Shown one piece after another: positions 1 to 9,984 of a stretch of DNA of 47,686 nt; position 1 is the stretch's first letter, and each line of letters begins with the position of its first letter. The DNA comes from Verrucomicrobiota bacterium (GTDB lineage Bacteria > Verrucomicrobiota > Verrucomicrobiia > Verrucomicrobiales > DEV007). The position numbers and the translations under genes were made by a program. The notes beneath the pieces are model-generated. The model was given only the letters and a program-made list of their open reading frames with translations. It did no database searches and was not told the origin of the DNA. Location of the stretch: NCBI GenBank assembly GCA_045046875.1, contig JASFYY010000153.1, forward strand, positions 1 through 47,686, read 5' to 3'.

Positions 1-37
1 AGTGCAGCGCAAAACTCACGTAACCTAATCCATACCC

Positions 38-1096
38 ATGACACCTATGAAATTCGGCATTATCGGCTCCGGCATGATCGCAAAATTCCACGCCAAGGCC
101 ATCGAAGCCATGACTGGCGGCGAACTGCACAGCATCTACGGACGCAGTCCGGAAAAAAACCAGGCGCTCGCCGACGAGTTCGGCTGCAAAAACTACAGTG
201 ACCTCGCCGAGTTCCTCGCCGACCCTGAACTCGAAATCGTCACCATCGCGACCCCTAGCGGAGCGCACCTCGAGCCCGCCATCGCCGCTGCCAAAGCCGG
301 CAAACACATCATCTGCGAAAAGCCCCTCGAAGTCACACCTGAGCGCATCGACCAGATGATCGCCGCCTGCGACGAAGCCGGCGTGACCCTCGCCGGCATC
401 TTCAACCGCCGTTTTCACCCCGCCATGGACGTCTTCAAAAAAGCCGTCGATGAACAACGTTTTGGCCAACTCACGATGTGCGACGCCTATACCAAATGGT
501 ATCGCGACCAGGCTTATTACGATTCCGGCGCCTGGCGCGGAACCTGGGAACTCGATGGCGGAGGTGCGCTGATGAACCAGTCCATCCACCTCATCGACCA
601 GCTCATCTATCTCGCTGGAGACGTCAAATCCGTTTGCGCCACCGTCGCTTGCCTCACCCATACAGGCATCGAAGTCGAAGACACCGCCGTCGCCATCCTC
701 GAATTCAAAAACGGCGCTCGTGGCGTGATCCAGGGATCCACCTCCTGCTGGTCATCGACCGGTCACCCCGCCGAAGTGGATATCTGCGGCGAAAAAGGCT
801 CCGTATTCCTCGCCGACGAACAATTCCGCTGTTGGGATTTCGCCGAAGAAAAACCTGAAGACGCACAGATCAAAAAGACCATGCTGCAAGGATCCGAAGT
901 CGCCGACGGACTTGGCGCCAACGATCCCACCGCGATCAATTTCACCGGTCACCAGCTCAACTTCGAAGACGTTGTGCAAGCAATCAGCAATGGTCAGCCC
1001 CCTCGCATCGACGGCCACGAAGCCCGCAAAGCCGTCGCCCTGATCTGCGCGATCTACGAATCCGCCAAGAATGATGGCAAAAAGGTGATGCTGTAA
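38..1096 (+). CDS. Gfo/Idh/MocA family NAD(P)-dependent oxidoreductase
   Basis: N-terminal GIIGSGMIA Rossmann motif, CEKP motif, WRGTWELDGGGALMNQSIH typical of the family. Confidence 0.93.
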   Translation: MTPMKFGIIGSGMIAKFHAKAIEAMTGGELHSIYGRSPEKNQALADEFGCKNYSDLAEFLADPELEIVTIATPSGAHLEPAIAAAKAGKHIICEKPLEVTPERIDQMIAACDEAGVTLAGIFNRRFHPAMDVFKKAVDEQRFGQLTMCDAYTKWYRDQAYYDSGAWRGTWELDGGGALMNQSIHLIDQLIYLAGDVKSVCATVACLTHTGIEVEDTAVAILEFKNGARGVIQGSTSCWSSTGHPAEVDICGEKGSVFLADEQFRCWDFAEEKPEDAQIKKTMLQGSEVADGLGANDPTAINFTGHQLNFEDVVQAISNGQPPRIDGHEARKAVALICAIYESAKNDGKKVML

Positions 1097-1218
1097 AATG
1101 TGATACAGGTTTGCAATCTGTTCCGCCCCTATGAACTAAGTTTATCCGCACTTTAGCTAGAGGAAAAGCACAGCAACCATCCTTCCAGATTTCCATTGAC
1201 CGTAACAAATGTAGCGCA

Positions 1219-1650
1219 ATGAAACTATCAGAAGTAAAAAAATCGCTCCACCAGGTGGAACAAATTTCTTTTCAGTTACCGGGCGGAGAATCAGTTCCAA
1301 GGCATTTCCATGTCACCGAAGTCGGCAGGATAAGCAAAAACTTCATCGATTGTGGAGGCACGGTTCGCAATGAAGAATTTGTCAGTTTTCAGCTTTGGAC
1401 TGCCAATGACTACGATCACCGCTTAGCTCCCCACAAGCTTCTGAGCATCATTGAACTTTCAGAAAAAAAACTAGGGATCGAGGATTCAGAAATTGAAGTG
1501 GAATACCAGTCCAAAACCATTGGGAAATTCGGCTTGGAGTTCGACGGCACGAACTTTTTACTGACCTCCAAACAGACTGATTGCCTAGCAAAGGAGTCAT
1601 GCGGCATTCCCCCTGAAAATTCGAAATTAAATTTTTTGGCAGATACATAA
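1219..1650 (+). CDS. DUF6428-like protein (often near arsenic/metal resistance genes); apparently truncated by an in-frame TAA before a Cys-rich tail
   Basis: HFHVTEVG, FIDCGG, FQLW..DYDHRL, EVEYQ, TDCLAKESCGIP motifs; the frame continues after TAA as SPCCSPSNGCCE to 1689. Confidence 0.75.
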   Translation: MKLSEVKKSLHQVEQISFQLPGGESVPRHFHVTEVGRISKNFIDCGGTVRNEEFVSFQLWTANDYDHRLAPHKLLSIIELSEKKLGIEDSEIEVEYQSKTIGKFGLEFDGTNFLLTSKQTDCLAKESCGIPPENSKLNFLADT

Positions 1651-1853
1651 TCACCCTGTTGTTCACCATCCAATGGATGTTGCGAATAACGACAACTGAC
1701 CGACAGCCAGAAATTCGCCCGCCGAGTCCCGCGAAACAATCATACAATCTCCCTCATCGCTGCTATTTAAGAGTCATCTAAGAATGAGAACACAACGGTG
1801 ATGACCTCATTAGTATTCACTTAAGCGATATCCCACTCATTTTGTTTTCGGCA

Positions 1854-2456
1854 ATGACCTTTCGCCTTTTACTGCTACCTCTTTTTTTATTGTCGGCATG
1901 CGCAAGCACGTTACAAAAGGGAGACGTCACTTACACATACCATCAAAATCGATTTTCTATTTACCCCTCCATACCAGGTCATTCGGTGATTTTCCCAGTG
2001 GTTTCTCTAGGGAGTCAGCATAAAACCGTGATTCACGTTCGCGAATTGCCGATCCCTATTTTTCCACAGTGGGCACACATAGAGGTTCCTGAAAATGAAG
2101 ACTCTAAATTCATCACAACACAACCCTGGCGAAGCGTCATCTTACAAATAACATACCGAAAGTTAAATGGAGACCTATTGCACAGCGAGAATATTTCACT
2201 CAAGAATTGGGAGGGGGGCAGCCAACCTGGTAATCATTGGAGAACACGACAGATATCTATAAAAATCTCACCATGGCATACAACGATCGAGTCCCCACCT
2301 GAACCAGAAGTTAAATCCTATAACATGATCATTAAAGTGATTTCACCTTCTAACCGCAAAAAGGATCACATCCACTTCCATGGCGCCAAAGCCGATTTCC
2401 CCACCATGACTGACTTACGCAAGGCTCGCCTCGCATTTCCCCTCAACAGTCAATAA
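1854..2456 (+). CDS. hypothetical lipoprotein
   Basis: ATG at 1854, hydrophobic signal and LSAC lipobox; AT-rich codon usage. Confidence 0.65.
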   Translation: MTFRLLLLPLFLLSACASTLQKGDVTYTYHQNRFSIYPSIPGHSVIFPVVSLGSQHKTVIHVRELPIPIFPQWAHIEVPENEDSKFITTQPWRSVILQITYRKLNGDLLHSENISLKNWEGGSQPGNHWRTRQISIKISPWHTTIESPPEPEVKSYNMIIKVISPSNRKKDHIHFHGAKADFPTMTDLRKARLAFPLNSQ

Positions 2457-2613
2457 CCTCCTGAAACTCTCCGCAGCAAACCTCTTCATTTAAACTCAGG
2501 ATCTGCTTTGCAGAGGCGGGGTATTGAAACCGAGCTCCGCAGTAAATCAGCCAGCTCCCCCAATGCTTCATTCCTATTTGCATTAAAACCTATCTCCTGT
2601 CATCCTTTTATGC

Positions 2614-2850
2614 ATGAGGACAACGATAGACCTTCCCGATACTTTGATGGAGCAGATCAAATTCCACACCTCCAATAAAAAAGTAACCTTTCGTTCACTG
2701 CTCATCACCGCATTGGAAAAAGAACTGTCGGCAGAGAAAAAACCATTCTGCCTACGGGATGCTTCCGTTGGCAACGCTGAAGATCCAAAGATTTCCAACC
2801 AAACCACCGATCAACACCGCAACCCTGCTATTTCTAAATACTCCCCATGA
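2614..2850 (+). CDS. ribbon-helix-helix antitoxin-like protein (VapB/DUF2191-like)
   Basis: MRTTIDLPDTL..QIK...TFRSLLITALEKEL N-terminus typical of RHH antitoxins; F.LRDASVG segment. Confidence 0.65.
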   Translation: MRTTIDLPDTLMEQIKFHTSNKKVTFRSLLITALEKELSAEKKPFCLRDASVGNAEDPKISNQTTDQHRNPAISKYSP

Positions 2851-3143
2851 AATGCCCTCGCTGTAAAAATGACATGGCAAAAGGTGAAGCCGCCGTTCAC
2901 GGCACCTTGGGTGGTTTTATGTTGTTTGGATTATCTCACCAACATTTATGGTTCTTCAAAGGTCACAAGGATGAACTTGTTCTACCAAGCAATCAAGAAG
3001 CCGCCGCCTACCGTTGCGCTGATTGCAAACTCACTGTGATTGATGGCGAATCCTACCAAGATCAAGCTTCCACCAATTTCGGCCGCAAACTCGGAACCAA
3101 ATACGCCAAATGGAAAAATCGTCGTCGCGAACAAGATCAATAA
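2847..3143 (+). CDS. small zinc-ribbon protein (PF20097/DUF6487-like)
   Basis: MKCPRCKNDMAKG ... AYRCADCK, two CxxC pairs; ATGA overlap with the upstream stop. Confidence 0.7.
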   Translation: MKCPRCKNDMAKGEAAVHGTLGGFMLFGLSHQHLWFFKGHKDELVLPSNQEAAAYRCADCKLTVIDGESYQDQASTNFGRKLGTKYAKWKNRRREQDQ

Positions 3144-3181
3144 AAATCACACTGCTCGACATTTTTTGAAATTGAAGAATT

Positions 3182-3295
3182 AACCCACAACCGGAGCGTA
3201 GTGTAGATAGGCGAAGTCAATTTTTCACAGATCAGCACTGATAGGAAAAAATAATTTGGTTGTGAACATAAACATATCAGTGCCGATCAGTGGTT
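3182..3295. repeat. inverted pair of CAC(A/T)GAT / ATCAGTG heptamer arrays (triple-heptamer element, degenerate copy)
   Basis: CACAGAT-CAG-CACTGAT at 3226-3242 and ATCAGTG-CCG-ATCAGTG-GTT at 3276-3295; AACCCACA at 3182 is a possible interrupted left end. Confidence 0.7.
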
Positions 3296-3367
3296 AAAAT
3301 ATTGGTTAGATACCCGAATCCCCACTCAACACTTGCCCTCCTTCCCCGCCCCCGCTAAATTCCTCCC

Positions 3368-4795
3368 ATGATCCCGCGCTACCTCCCCCACCTGCTCGCC
3401 TGTATTTTCTCACTGCTCATCCCCACCACCAGCAGTCTAGCTACTGATGATCCGCCTGCCCTACTCGCTGGAGCCGCCACTGCCGACATCACCCCGCGCA
3501 CCTGGCCGCTACGCATCTACAGTCAGATCGCAGAAAAAGCCCGTGATCCGCTGCACGCCCGTGCCCTGGTGCTCTCCGACGGTCAGATCACTCTGGCGAT
3601 GGTCACCGTGGACGCCCTCAGCGTCGGCCCGGAAACCTGTGACAAAATCCGCAGTCGGGTCACTGAACAATGTGACATCAAAGCTGAGAACATCATGATC
3701 TCAGCGACCCATTCTCACACCACTCCCTTCAACGGTGTGAAAAAAGGGTCCCCCGCCCAACTCGATTACGTCGAAGTTTTTCTCAAAGGAGTGAGCGAAG
3801 CTATCGTCAAAGCTCACGCCAATCTGAAACCTGCCTCAATCGGCTGGGCCAGTTCACCAGTCCCCAGCGAAGTGCGCAATCGCCGCTGGTTTCTCAAAGC
3901 TGGAAAAATGCCCCCCAATCCCTGGGGTGAAATGGACCAAGTAAAAATGAACCCCGGTTACAGCGCGGATACCCTCGATCGACCCGCCGGCCCGACCGAT
4001 CCGGATGTCACCATCCTCTCTGTCATGGACGCGCGCGGACGCAAATCCCGCGCCCTCTACGCCAACTACTCTCTGCACTACGTCGGCGGATTACCGAAAA
4101 AACAAGTGTCCGCTGACTACTACGGCGAGTTCGCCCGCCTGATGCCTTCCCGCTTGCGCAGTGAAGAGGATTTTGTCGCCATCATGAGCAACGGAGCCTC
4201 CGGTGACATCAACAATCTGCCCTTTCTGATCAACCGCCCACCGCGTGAAAAGGGCGAACAAATCCGTATCGTCGCCAGCAAAACCGCCGACGCGGCCTGG
4301 CGCGCATGGAAAAAAATCGATAGCTGGCAGAAAAATCCCCGACTCTGCATGGTGCAACGCAACATCACCCTGCAACTGCGCGAACCCAGAGCAGAACAAA
4401 TCGAACGAGCCAAGGCGATCCTCGCCATCAGTGACAAAAAAGAGCAAGGCAAGCTGCCCGTCGGAGCAATCAACTATGCGCGCAATACGATGGCGATGCT
4501 GGAAGGTGGTGAGATCATCCTGCCGCTGCAAGCCATTCGCATCGGTGACTTTTCAGCCGTCGTCATCCCTTTCGAAACCCTGGTCGAGATCGGTCTCGAA
4601 TTAAAAAAACGCAGCCCCTTCGGCACCACCATGGTGATTGGTCTGGGCAACGGTCGTTATGGTTATCTGCCCACTCCCAAACAACACCAGCTCGGCGGAT
4701 ATGAAACCTGGCTCGGCACCTGTAAAGTGCGTGAAAACTCATCAGAACTCATTGTGAAAGAACTGCTCGAGATGTTAGCTGAATTGAAAAAATAA
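3368..4795 (+). CDS. secreted neutral/alkaline ceramidase-like metallo-hydrolase
   Basis: signal peptide; AGAATADITP, DPLHARALVL, ISATHSHT, NYSLHY, SADYYG, GASGDIN, GYLPT..GGYE motifs. Confidence 0.85.
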   Translation: MIPRYLPHLLACIFSLLIPTTSSLATDDPPALLAGAATADITPRTWPLRIYSQIAEKARDPLHARALVLSDGQITLAMVTVDALSVGPETCDKIRSRVTEQCDIKAENIMISATHSHTTPFNGVKKGSPAQLDYVEVFLKGVSEAIVKAHANLKPASIGWASSPVPSEVRNRRWFLKAGKMPPNPWGEMDQVKMNPGYSADTLDRPAGPTDPDVTILSVMDARGRKSRALYANYSLHYVGGLPKKQVSADYYGEFARLMPSRLRSEEDFVAIMSNGASGDINNLPFLINRPPREKGEQIRIVASKTADAAWRAWKKIDSWQKNPRLCMVQRNITLQLREPRAEQIERAKAILAISDKKEQGKLPVGAINYARNTMAMLEGGEIILPLQAIRIGDFSAVVIPFETLVEIGLELKKRSPFGTTMVIGLGNGRYGYLPTPKQHQLGGYETWLGTCKVRENSSELIVKELLEMLAELKK

Positions 4796-4810
4796 GCCCA
4801 TCCCCTTGAA

Positions 4811-5266
4811 ATGAGCCAAGTTCCTCCCGTCCCCGAAACGCTACGCTTCGGCGGCGTGATTCTGGAGTTTTTCCAACTCAGCGTAGGCAATCCAGAACGC
4901 GGCATCGTCCCCGCTTACCACTTCCAGATACTCGATTTGAACTCAAACAAAGTCGGGCATTTGAGCTTCCGGGTTGGTGACACCGAACACATAAAATTAG
5001 CCGCAGGTCACATCGGTTATGAAATCACCGAAGAACATCGCGGACACAGTTACGCCTACCAGGCCTGCTTGGCTGCAGCTCCCTGGATCGCCACTCGCAG
5101 AGCATCCTTACTCATCACCGCAGATCCCGACAATGCAGCAAGCATTCGAACCATCGAAAAACTAGGTGCCACCTTTTTGAATGAAGTCGATGTCCCTGAA
5201 AATGACCCCCACCACAAAAGAGGCTCCCTGCGAAAACGTCGCTATGAGTGGACGCCTTCGTTATGA
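4811..5266 (+). CDS. GNAT family N-acetyltransferase
   Basis: AGHIGYEI..EHRGHSYA and ITADPDNAASIRTIEKLGA motifs. Confidence 0.85.
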   Translation: MSQVPPVPETLRFGGVILEFFQLSVGNPERGIVPAYHFQILDLNSNKVGHLSFRVGDTEHIKLAAGHIGYEITEEHRGHSYAYQACLAAAPWIATRRASLLITADPDNAASIRTIEKLGATFLNEVDVPENDPHHKRGSLRKRRYEWTPSL

Positions 5267-5360
5267 GAGAACAAAACGAACTTGAGGGTTCCAGGGACAC
5301 AGAAAGAGAAGTGAACATTTTCCGCGAGCGAAGGTCACACCATGCTTGGTCACTTCACCT

Positions 5361-7934
5361 ATGAAAATATTCTCCTTCGCATCCATCTTTAAAAACAGCC
5401 AATGGCTATTGCTAACATCGGCGCTGATTTTATCCTCTTGCCAGGATCAGCAGGCTCCTGAAGCCGATCAAACCGCTGCAGGTGAACCCCTGCCCCCCCT
5501 CATCACAACAGCGGGAAAAACCGACAACATCTACCGCAAACGTTTTGATCTGCCACGCGCAGTTTTCACTCATGGCAACATGGTCAAGCCTGGCGTCGTT
5601 TTTGCGCTCAAGGGGCAGGACAATTTTCTGCCTCTATATGTCGCCGCGATAGAAGACGACCAGAAAAAATATCAGGCCGAGGGTTTTTCCTATACCATTC
5701 TGGTTCCCAATTTCATACAAATTCTGGATCCAGAAAAAAATGGACTCACGATCAGCAAAACCACATTCGAAGGCAAGTCTTACAAAAAAATTGAGCGCCA
5801 ACTGGATCCCAAAAAAATAAGCGCCCGCTGCTTTAAAGCCGCCTACGGTCTCGAAGAAACCTTGTGGTATCGCTTCGATGAAAACCACACTGCAACCGAG
5901 CCCCCGCTCCTACGTATCACCCTCAACTACCAGGGCAAACCCATCAGCCGCGCTGAAGCACGCTTGCACATCTACGACGAACTGGAAAAACCCGCGCAGG
6001 TGTCTCCCGATGATTTCAAATTCTACCTGGCTTCCGGCCCACTGTTTCGACCAGGTCACTACGATGAATTCGCAAAGATGCAGCGCAAGGCCGGCTTCAA
6101 CACACTTTTATTATTCAGCAAAGACCCTGAGCCGATCAAGGAAATGAAAAAACGCGGCTTCTACGTCATCGCACAACGCGGCGGCAGTTATCACAAAGTT
6201 CAGCAACAACTCAAACAATGCCTCGAACAAGGCCCTGCGTGGTTCACCAAGGCCGATGGTGGCGAGATGGAAAAAGTCTTAGCTCACAGCGATGCGGTAC
6301 TGTGGGATTTCGAACCAAGACCTCAAAGCTTCTCCAGTTTACCGGCGGACGAATGGTCGATCGCCGAATTCAGGAAAACCGCCAAGATCAAAGATGACAT
6401 CGAGCTGACAGAAAAAATCATCAAAGAGAAATACCATCAGAAGTGGATCGAATTCCGTCAGGACCAACTGGCTCTGGTGATCAAACATTGGGTCGATTTT
6501 TGTCATGCCATCAATCCAAAGATCGAAACCATCATCACCGAAGGTCGCTCTAACCGCTTCGACCCTTCGGAACAGATCGATTACAAAAAATACGCCCGCT
6601 ACGTGACCTACTGCGACCCGATGAACACCAACATGCGTGTTTCTGTCACGGGGATGAAGAAGTGGATGGCACGCGTGCCCGAAGCAGAATTCCTCGGCTG
6701 TCAGAATCTGGCAATGCCCGGTAGCCACATCTCTTATGGTCAGGATATCAGCAAGCTGCAACTGATCAGCTCGGTTTTAATCGGCAGCAAGGGCAACGCC
6801 ATTTTTCCCGGACGCTCGATGGATGCCAGCGATTTTGTGATCTACAACCGGGCCATGAATTTCATCGGCAAACACCAGAATTTCTTCTTCAAAGGACAGG
6901 CTGACCCAAAAAACATCAGCTTGGCAGCCTCTTCGGACAAGGACATCGTGAGCCGCGCTTATGCCGATAACAAAGGCGATAACTTCCTATTAGTGGCCTG
7001 CAACTGGAACCGCAAGAATGATGCGACCCTTCACCTGAAAATGAATCCCGGAGATGGCGAATGGCTGCTGATCGACGAAGATAACCGTCAACGCTTCACC
7101 CTCGACGGCAAAACCTCCATGCCCGCATCCGCCTTGCAAAAAGGCGTGAGCCTAAATGTCCCCGCCGCCTCATACCGGGGTTTTCGCTTGCTTCCTCACA
7201 GCAAAGAAGCGTTGAAAAAGAGCTCCGACTTCATCGAGGTCAAAGTGAAAACCGCAACTTCTGGTGATTTTTCCAAAACTAAACAGAGTTCCCCCAGCAA
7301 GAAAAAAACTCCCGTGGCTAAAAAAACTCAATCGACTCTGACCACATCAGCTGACGACCGTTTATTGTTTCACTTGGATTTCAAAAACCAACTCACTCCA
7401 GCCATCTCCGTTGCCAAAACCACCCAAACGGTCAAAGGCTCCGCCACCTTTCAAAAAAGCCCCATGGGCCAAGCTCTCAAAATAAGCGACGGCCTCGACT
7501 TGGAATATTTGGCAGAAGGCAACATCGACCTCAATCGCGGACGGCTTGAAACCCACTTCAATCCTTTGTGGCAAGGTGGCGACAAAAAAAGCCATGTCAT
7601 TCTGCGAGCTAAACCCAATAGCGGTTTGCTCTATTTTGGCAAAAGTGCCGACGGTAGGCTGCTCTTCAACCTAGTCGATGCCAAAGGCGCACAGCACCAC
7701 ATGGGCATCAAGGTGCGTGATATGCCACCAGGTGAATGGCACGTCGTCACCATTCTATGGGACGCCAGCCAGGGCAAAATGAGCATGGACCTCGACGGCA
7801 AAGAATCCGCTGTATATGAAGGCGAACCTTGGACCATGCAAACGATGAACAATAAAAACCCCAAGTCCAAAATCCACCTCCCCGCTGACGCCGAAATCAT
7901 CCTGGATGAACTCAAAATTTGGACGCTAAAATAA
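5361..7934 (+). CDS. large hypothetical lipoprotein; putative glycoside-hydrolase-like barrel plus C-terminal LamG/ConA-like domain
   Basis: LSSC lipobox; central WDFEP and W..FRQ..L segments; C-terminal GNIDLNRG..F.P.W and GEWHVVTILWD...DLDG LamG signature. Confidence 0.6.
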   Translation: MKIFSFASIFKNSQWLLLTSALILSSCQDQQAPEADQTAAGEPLPPLITTAGKTDNIYRKRFDLPRAVFTHGNMVKPGVVFALKGQDNFLPLYVAAIEDDQKKYQAEGFSYTILVPNFIQILDPEKNGLTISKTTFEGKSYKKIERQLDPKKISARCFKAAYGLEETLWYRFDENHTATEPPLLRITLNYQGKPISRAEARLHIYDELEKPAQVSPDDFKFYLASGPLFRPGHYDEFAKMQRKAGFNTLLLFSKDPEPIKEMKKRGFYVIAQRGGSYHKVQQQLKQCLEQGPAWFTKADGGEMEKVLAHSDAVLWDFEPRPQSFSSLPADEWSIAEFRKTAKIKDDIELTEKIIKEKYHQKWIEFRQDQLALVIKHWVDFCHAINPKIETIITEGRSNRFDPSEQIDYKKYARYVTYCDPMNTNMRVSVTGMKKWMARVPEAEFLGCQNLAMPGSHISYGQDISKLQLISSVLIGSKGNAIFPGRSMDASDFVIYNRAMNFIGKHQNFFFKGQADPKNISLAASSDKDIVSRAYADNKGDNFLLVACNWNRKNDATLHLKMNPGDGEWLLIDEDNRQRFTLDGKTSMPASALQKGVSLNVPAASYRGFRLLPHSKEALKKSSDFIEVKVKTATSGDFSKTKQSSPSKKKTPVAKKTQSTLTTSADDRLLFHLDFKNQLTPAISVAKTTQTVKGSATFQKSPMGQALKISDGLDLEYLAEGNIDLNRGRLETHFNPLWQGGDKKSHVILRAKPNSGLLYFGKSADGRLLFNLVDAKGAQHHMGIKVRDMPPGEWHVVTILWDASQGKMSMDLDGKESAVYEGEPWTMQTMNNKNPKSKIHLPADAEIILDELKIWTLK

Positions 7935-8009
7935 AGATGGTTAGCGGCCCCCTCCAATCCGCGTATCGCTCAATCCCACGCAATACCATTACGTTTCCAC
8001 AACCTCCCC

Positions 8010-9851
8010 CTACCTCCCCGCCCGCTGCCGACTTTCCGCTTCATACACATCGCGCATACGGATCGATTGCCCGTCCTTAGTCGCGATCCAGAGACTGCGT
8101 CCACGTCGGAACTCCACCGCAGCGATGCCCTTCTCGTTAATCGGCCAATCCGCTGCCCGCGCAATGCGTCCAGGGCGTCCTGACCACGAACCCGTCTGCC
8201 ATGAAAAAAGCGTAAAAAAGCTAATTAATACAGTGATACTAAACAGATAATACTTCACTGACTTTTTTTGAATCAAAGGATCCACCAGTGCATGCAGACC
8301 AATCGCCACCGCTGCGATAATCAACGGCAATGAGTAGCTGAGATACCAATAATAGAAATACAGCGAGGTGAAATGTTGGTGAATCAGAGCAATCGCCGGA
8401 GACAGCAGCGCAAAACCCAGCACCATCGCAGCAGGTGACAAACCCTGATTTTTCGAACGCCTCCACAACCAGAACACCCCCACTGCCATCAAAGCGGGAA
8501 TCAATAACCATTGCATACCTGCCAGAACAGGCTCCGCCGTCGCAAAGCGCTGGAACAGCACCTCCTGCAAAGTTGCCACATCCGTGCGCGAATCAGAAAT
8601 ATCCTGCCCTGAAGGAAAATTAGTCCCAGTGCTGTAATGCGACCAGGCATAGAAAAACCAGATGGATCTCAATGAAATCATCTCGAATATTTGACGAAAA
8701 TGATAACTGACTTGGGGCAAATGCGGGAAAATCAAAAACACATAAAGCAGACCCGTCACCGCATTCACCACCATCAGCCGTGAGATCGGGCCAAGCAGCC
8801 CGGCATCCTTCGATCGCCACCATCTCCACAGCAAAAAGCCCAACAGCCCCACATTGAGCGCCAGAGCAAAATAAACCGAACCCGCATAAGACCAGAGGCA
8901 GAAAAAGACACTGAAAGCCAGCCCCAACCAATTGCGCCAGCGATTGTCACGTAACGCCAGCCAGGCAAAGGCCACCGCCAGCGGAACAAATAATAAGACC
9001 AAGGCGTAACCACGCGCCTGCAGACTGTAATCGATATGCATCGGATGAATCGCCGCCAGCGCAGCCGCAATCAATGCTCCCGTTCGCAAACCCCACAGCT
9101 GAAGTAAAAACCACAAGCTGACAATCGATGCCAGGCCCGCCAACAACACCGGTATACGCAAAGCCACCACACTGAAACGCTGGCGATCCACTCCCGTGAA
9201 TGCTCGCCAAGTCCTCAAACTCGCCTGGGCCAAAACACTCAGCATCACCGGATTGTTGCCCAGCCTGTTTTCCCACAAGGCCTCACTCCAGCCCGCCCCT
9301 TGCCAGACTTGCTCTCCGTCCGGCCTGATTTCCAAATAACCGTGAAAATTTCTCCTCAAGTTGTCCTGCTCATCAAAATACAAACTACGATCCAGATGCG
9401 GCACCCGCAAAAAGGCCGCCACCAGCAAGATAATCCCCAAACTGATCCAGCCCAACCTTCCCACTTGAAAAACCCCACCGTTCACCCCCAGAAGCGCCGG
9501 CAACAGCGCTCCCTTTTTTGGACGCCGCCGAGTCAAGGGCAGCCACCAGGACACCGTCAAAGCACAAAAGAGCAAAACCACCCCGACAATCAACGCTCCC
9601 TGCCACAAACCAATCTGACGATACACCTCGACACCCAGGTTCTGACCACCCAGGGCTTCAAAGTCAAAAAACGCCTGCCACGGCACTTCGTCCCTGTCCA
9701 CCTCCAGCCGTTTGGCCACTTTTTTGAGCGCCTCCCCCTTCCACGGTTCAGGCGATTGCCAGACAAACAACAGGAACGCTGTCGCCACAAACAGCAGCAC
9801 CGCCGAAACACGGTTGATTGCAGAATCGGATGACAAGGGAAAACGCGGCAT
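8010..9851 (-). CDS. membrane glycosyltransferase, GT-C fold (GT39/PMT-like)
   Basis: multiple TM helices; FLRVPHLDRSLYFDE, NNPV, LRIPVLLAG, IHPMHIDYSLQARGYAL motifs. Confidence 0.8.
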   Translation of the reverse strand: MPRFPLSSDSAINRVSAVLLFVATAFLLFVWQSPEPWKGEALKKVAKRLEVDRDEVPWQAFFDFEALGGQNLGVEVYRQIGLWQGALIVGVVLLFCALTVSWWLPLTRRRPKKGALLPALLGVNGGVFQVGRLGWISLGIILLVAAFLRVPHLDRSLYFDEQDNLRRNFHGYLEIRPDGEQVWQGAGWSEALWENRLGNNPVMLSVLAQASLRTWRAFTGVDRQRFSVVALRIPVLLAGLASIVSLWFLLQLWGLRTGALIAAALAAIHPMHIDYSLQARGYALVLLFVPLAVAFAWLALRDNRWRNWLGLAFSVFFCLWSYAGSVYFALALNVGLLGFLLWRWWRSKDAGLLGPISRLMVVNAVTGLLYVFLIFPHLPQVSYHFRQIFEMISLRSIWFFYAWSHYSTGTNFPSGQDISDSRTDVATLQEVLFQRFATAEPVLAGMQWLLIPALMAVGVFWLWRRSKNQGLSPAAMVLGFALLSPAIALIHQHFTSLYFYYWYLSYSLPLIIAAVAIGLHALVDPLIQKKSVKYYLFSITVLISFFTLFSWQTGSWSGRPGRIARAADWPINEKGIAAVEFRRGRSLWIATKDGQSIRMRDVYEAESRQRAGR

Positions 9852-9984
9852 GATAAACTGATTCGATCACTTTATAAGTGACAGGTACAATTGCACCGCA
9901 AATTTGTACCCCTCATGCTATTTCTTGCAAACATCTTTTGAGCAAAGACCCAAACTCTGTTCTATTCACAGACAACTCCATCTC

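Noticed and set aside
1100..1124. Hairpin ACAGGTT-TGC-AATCTGT after the first gene as a terminator
   Set aside because: Weak stem with no U-tract; may be a degenerate REP but is single-copy in this window.
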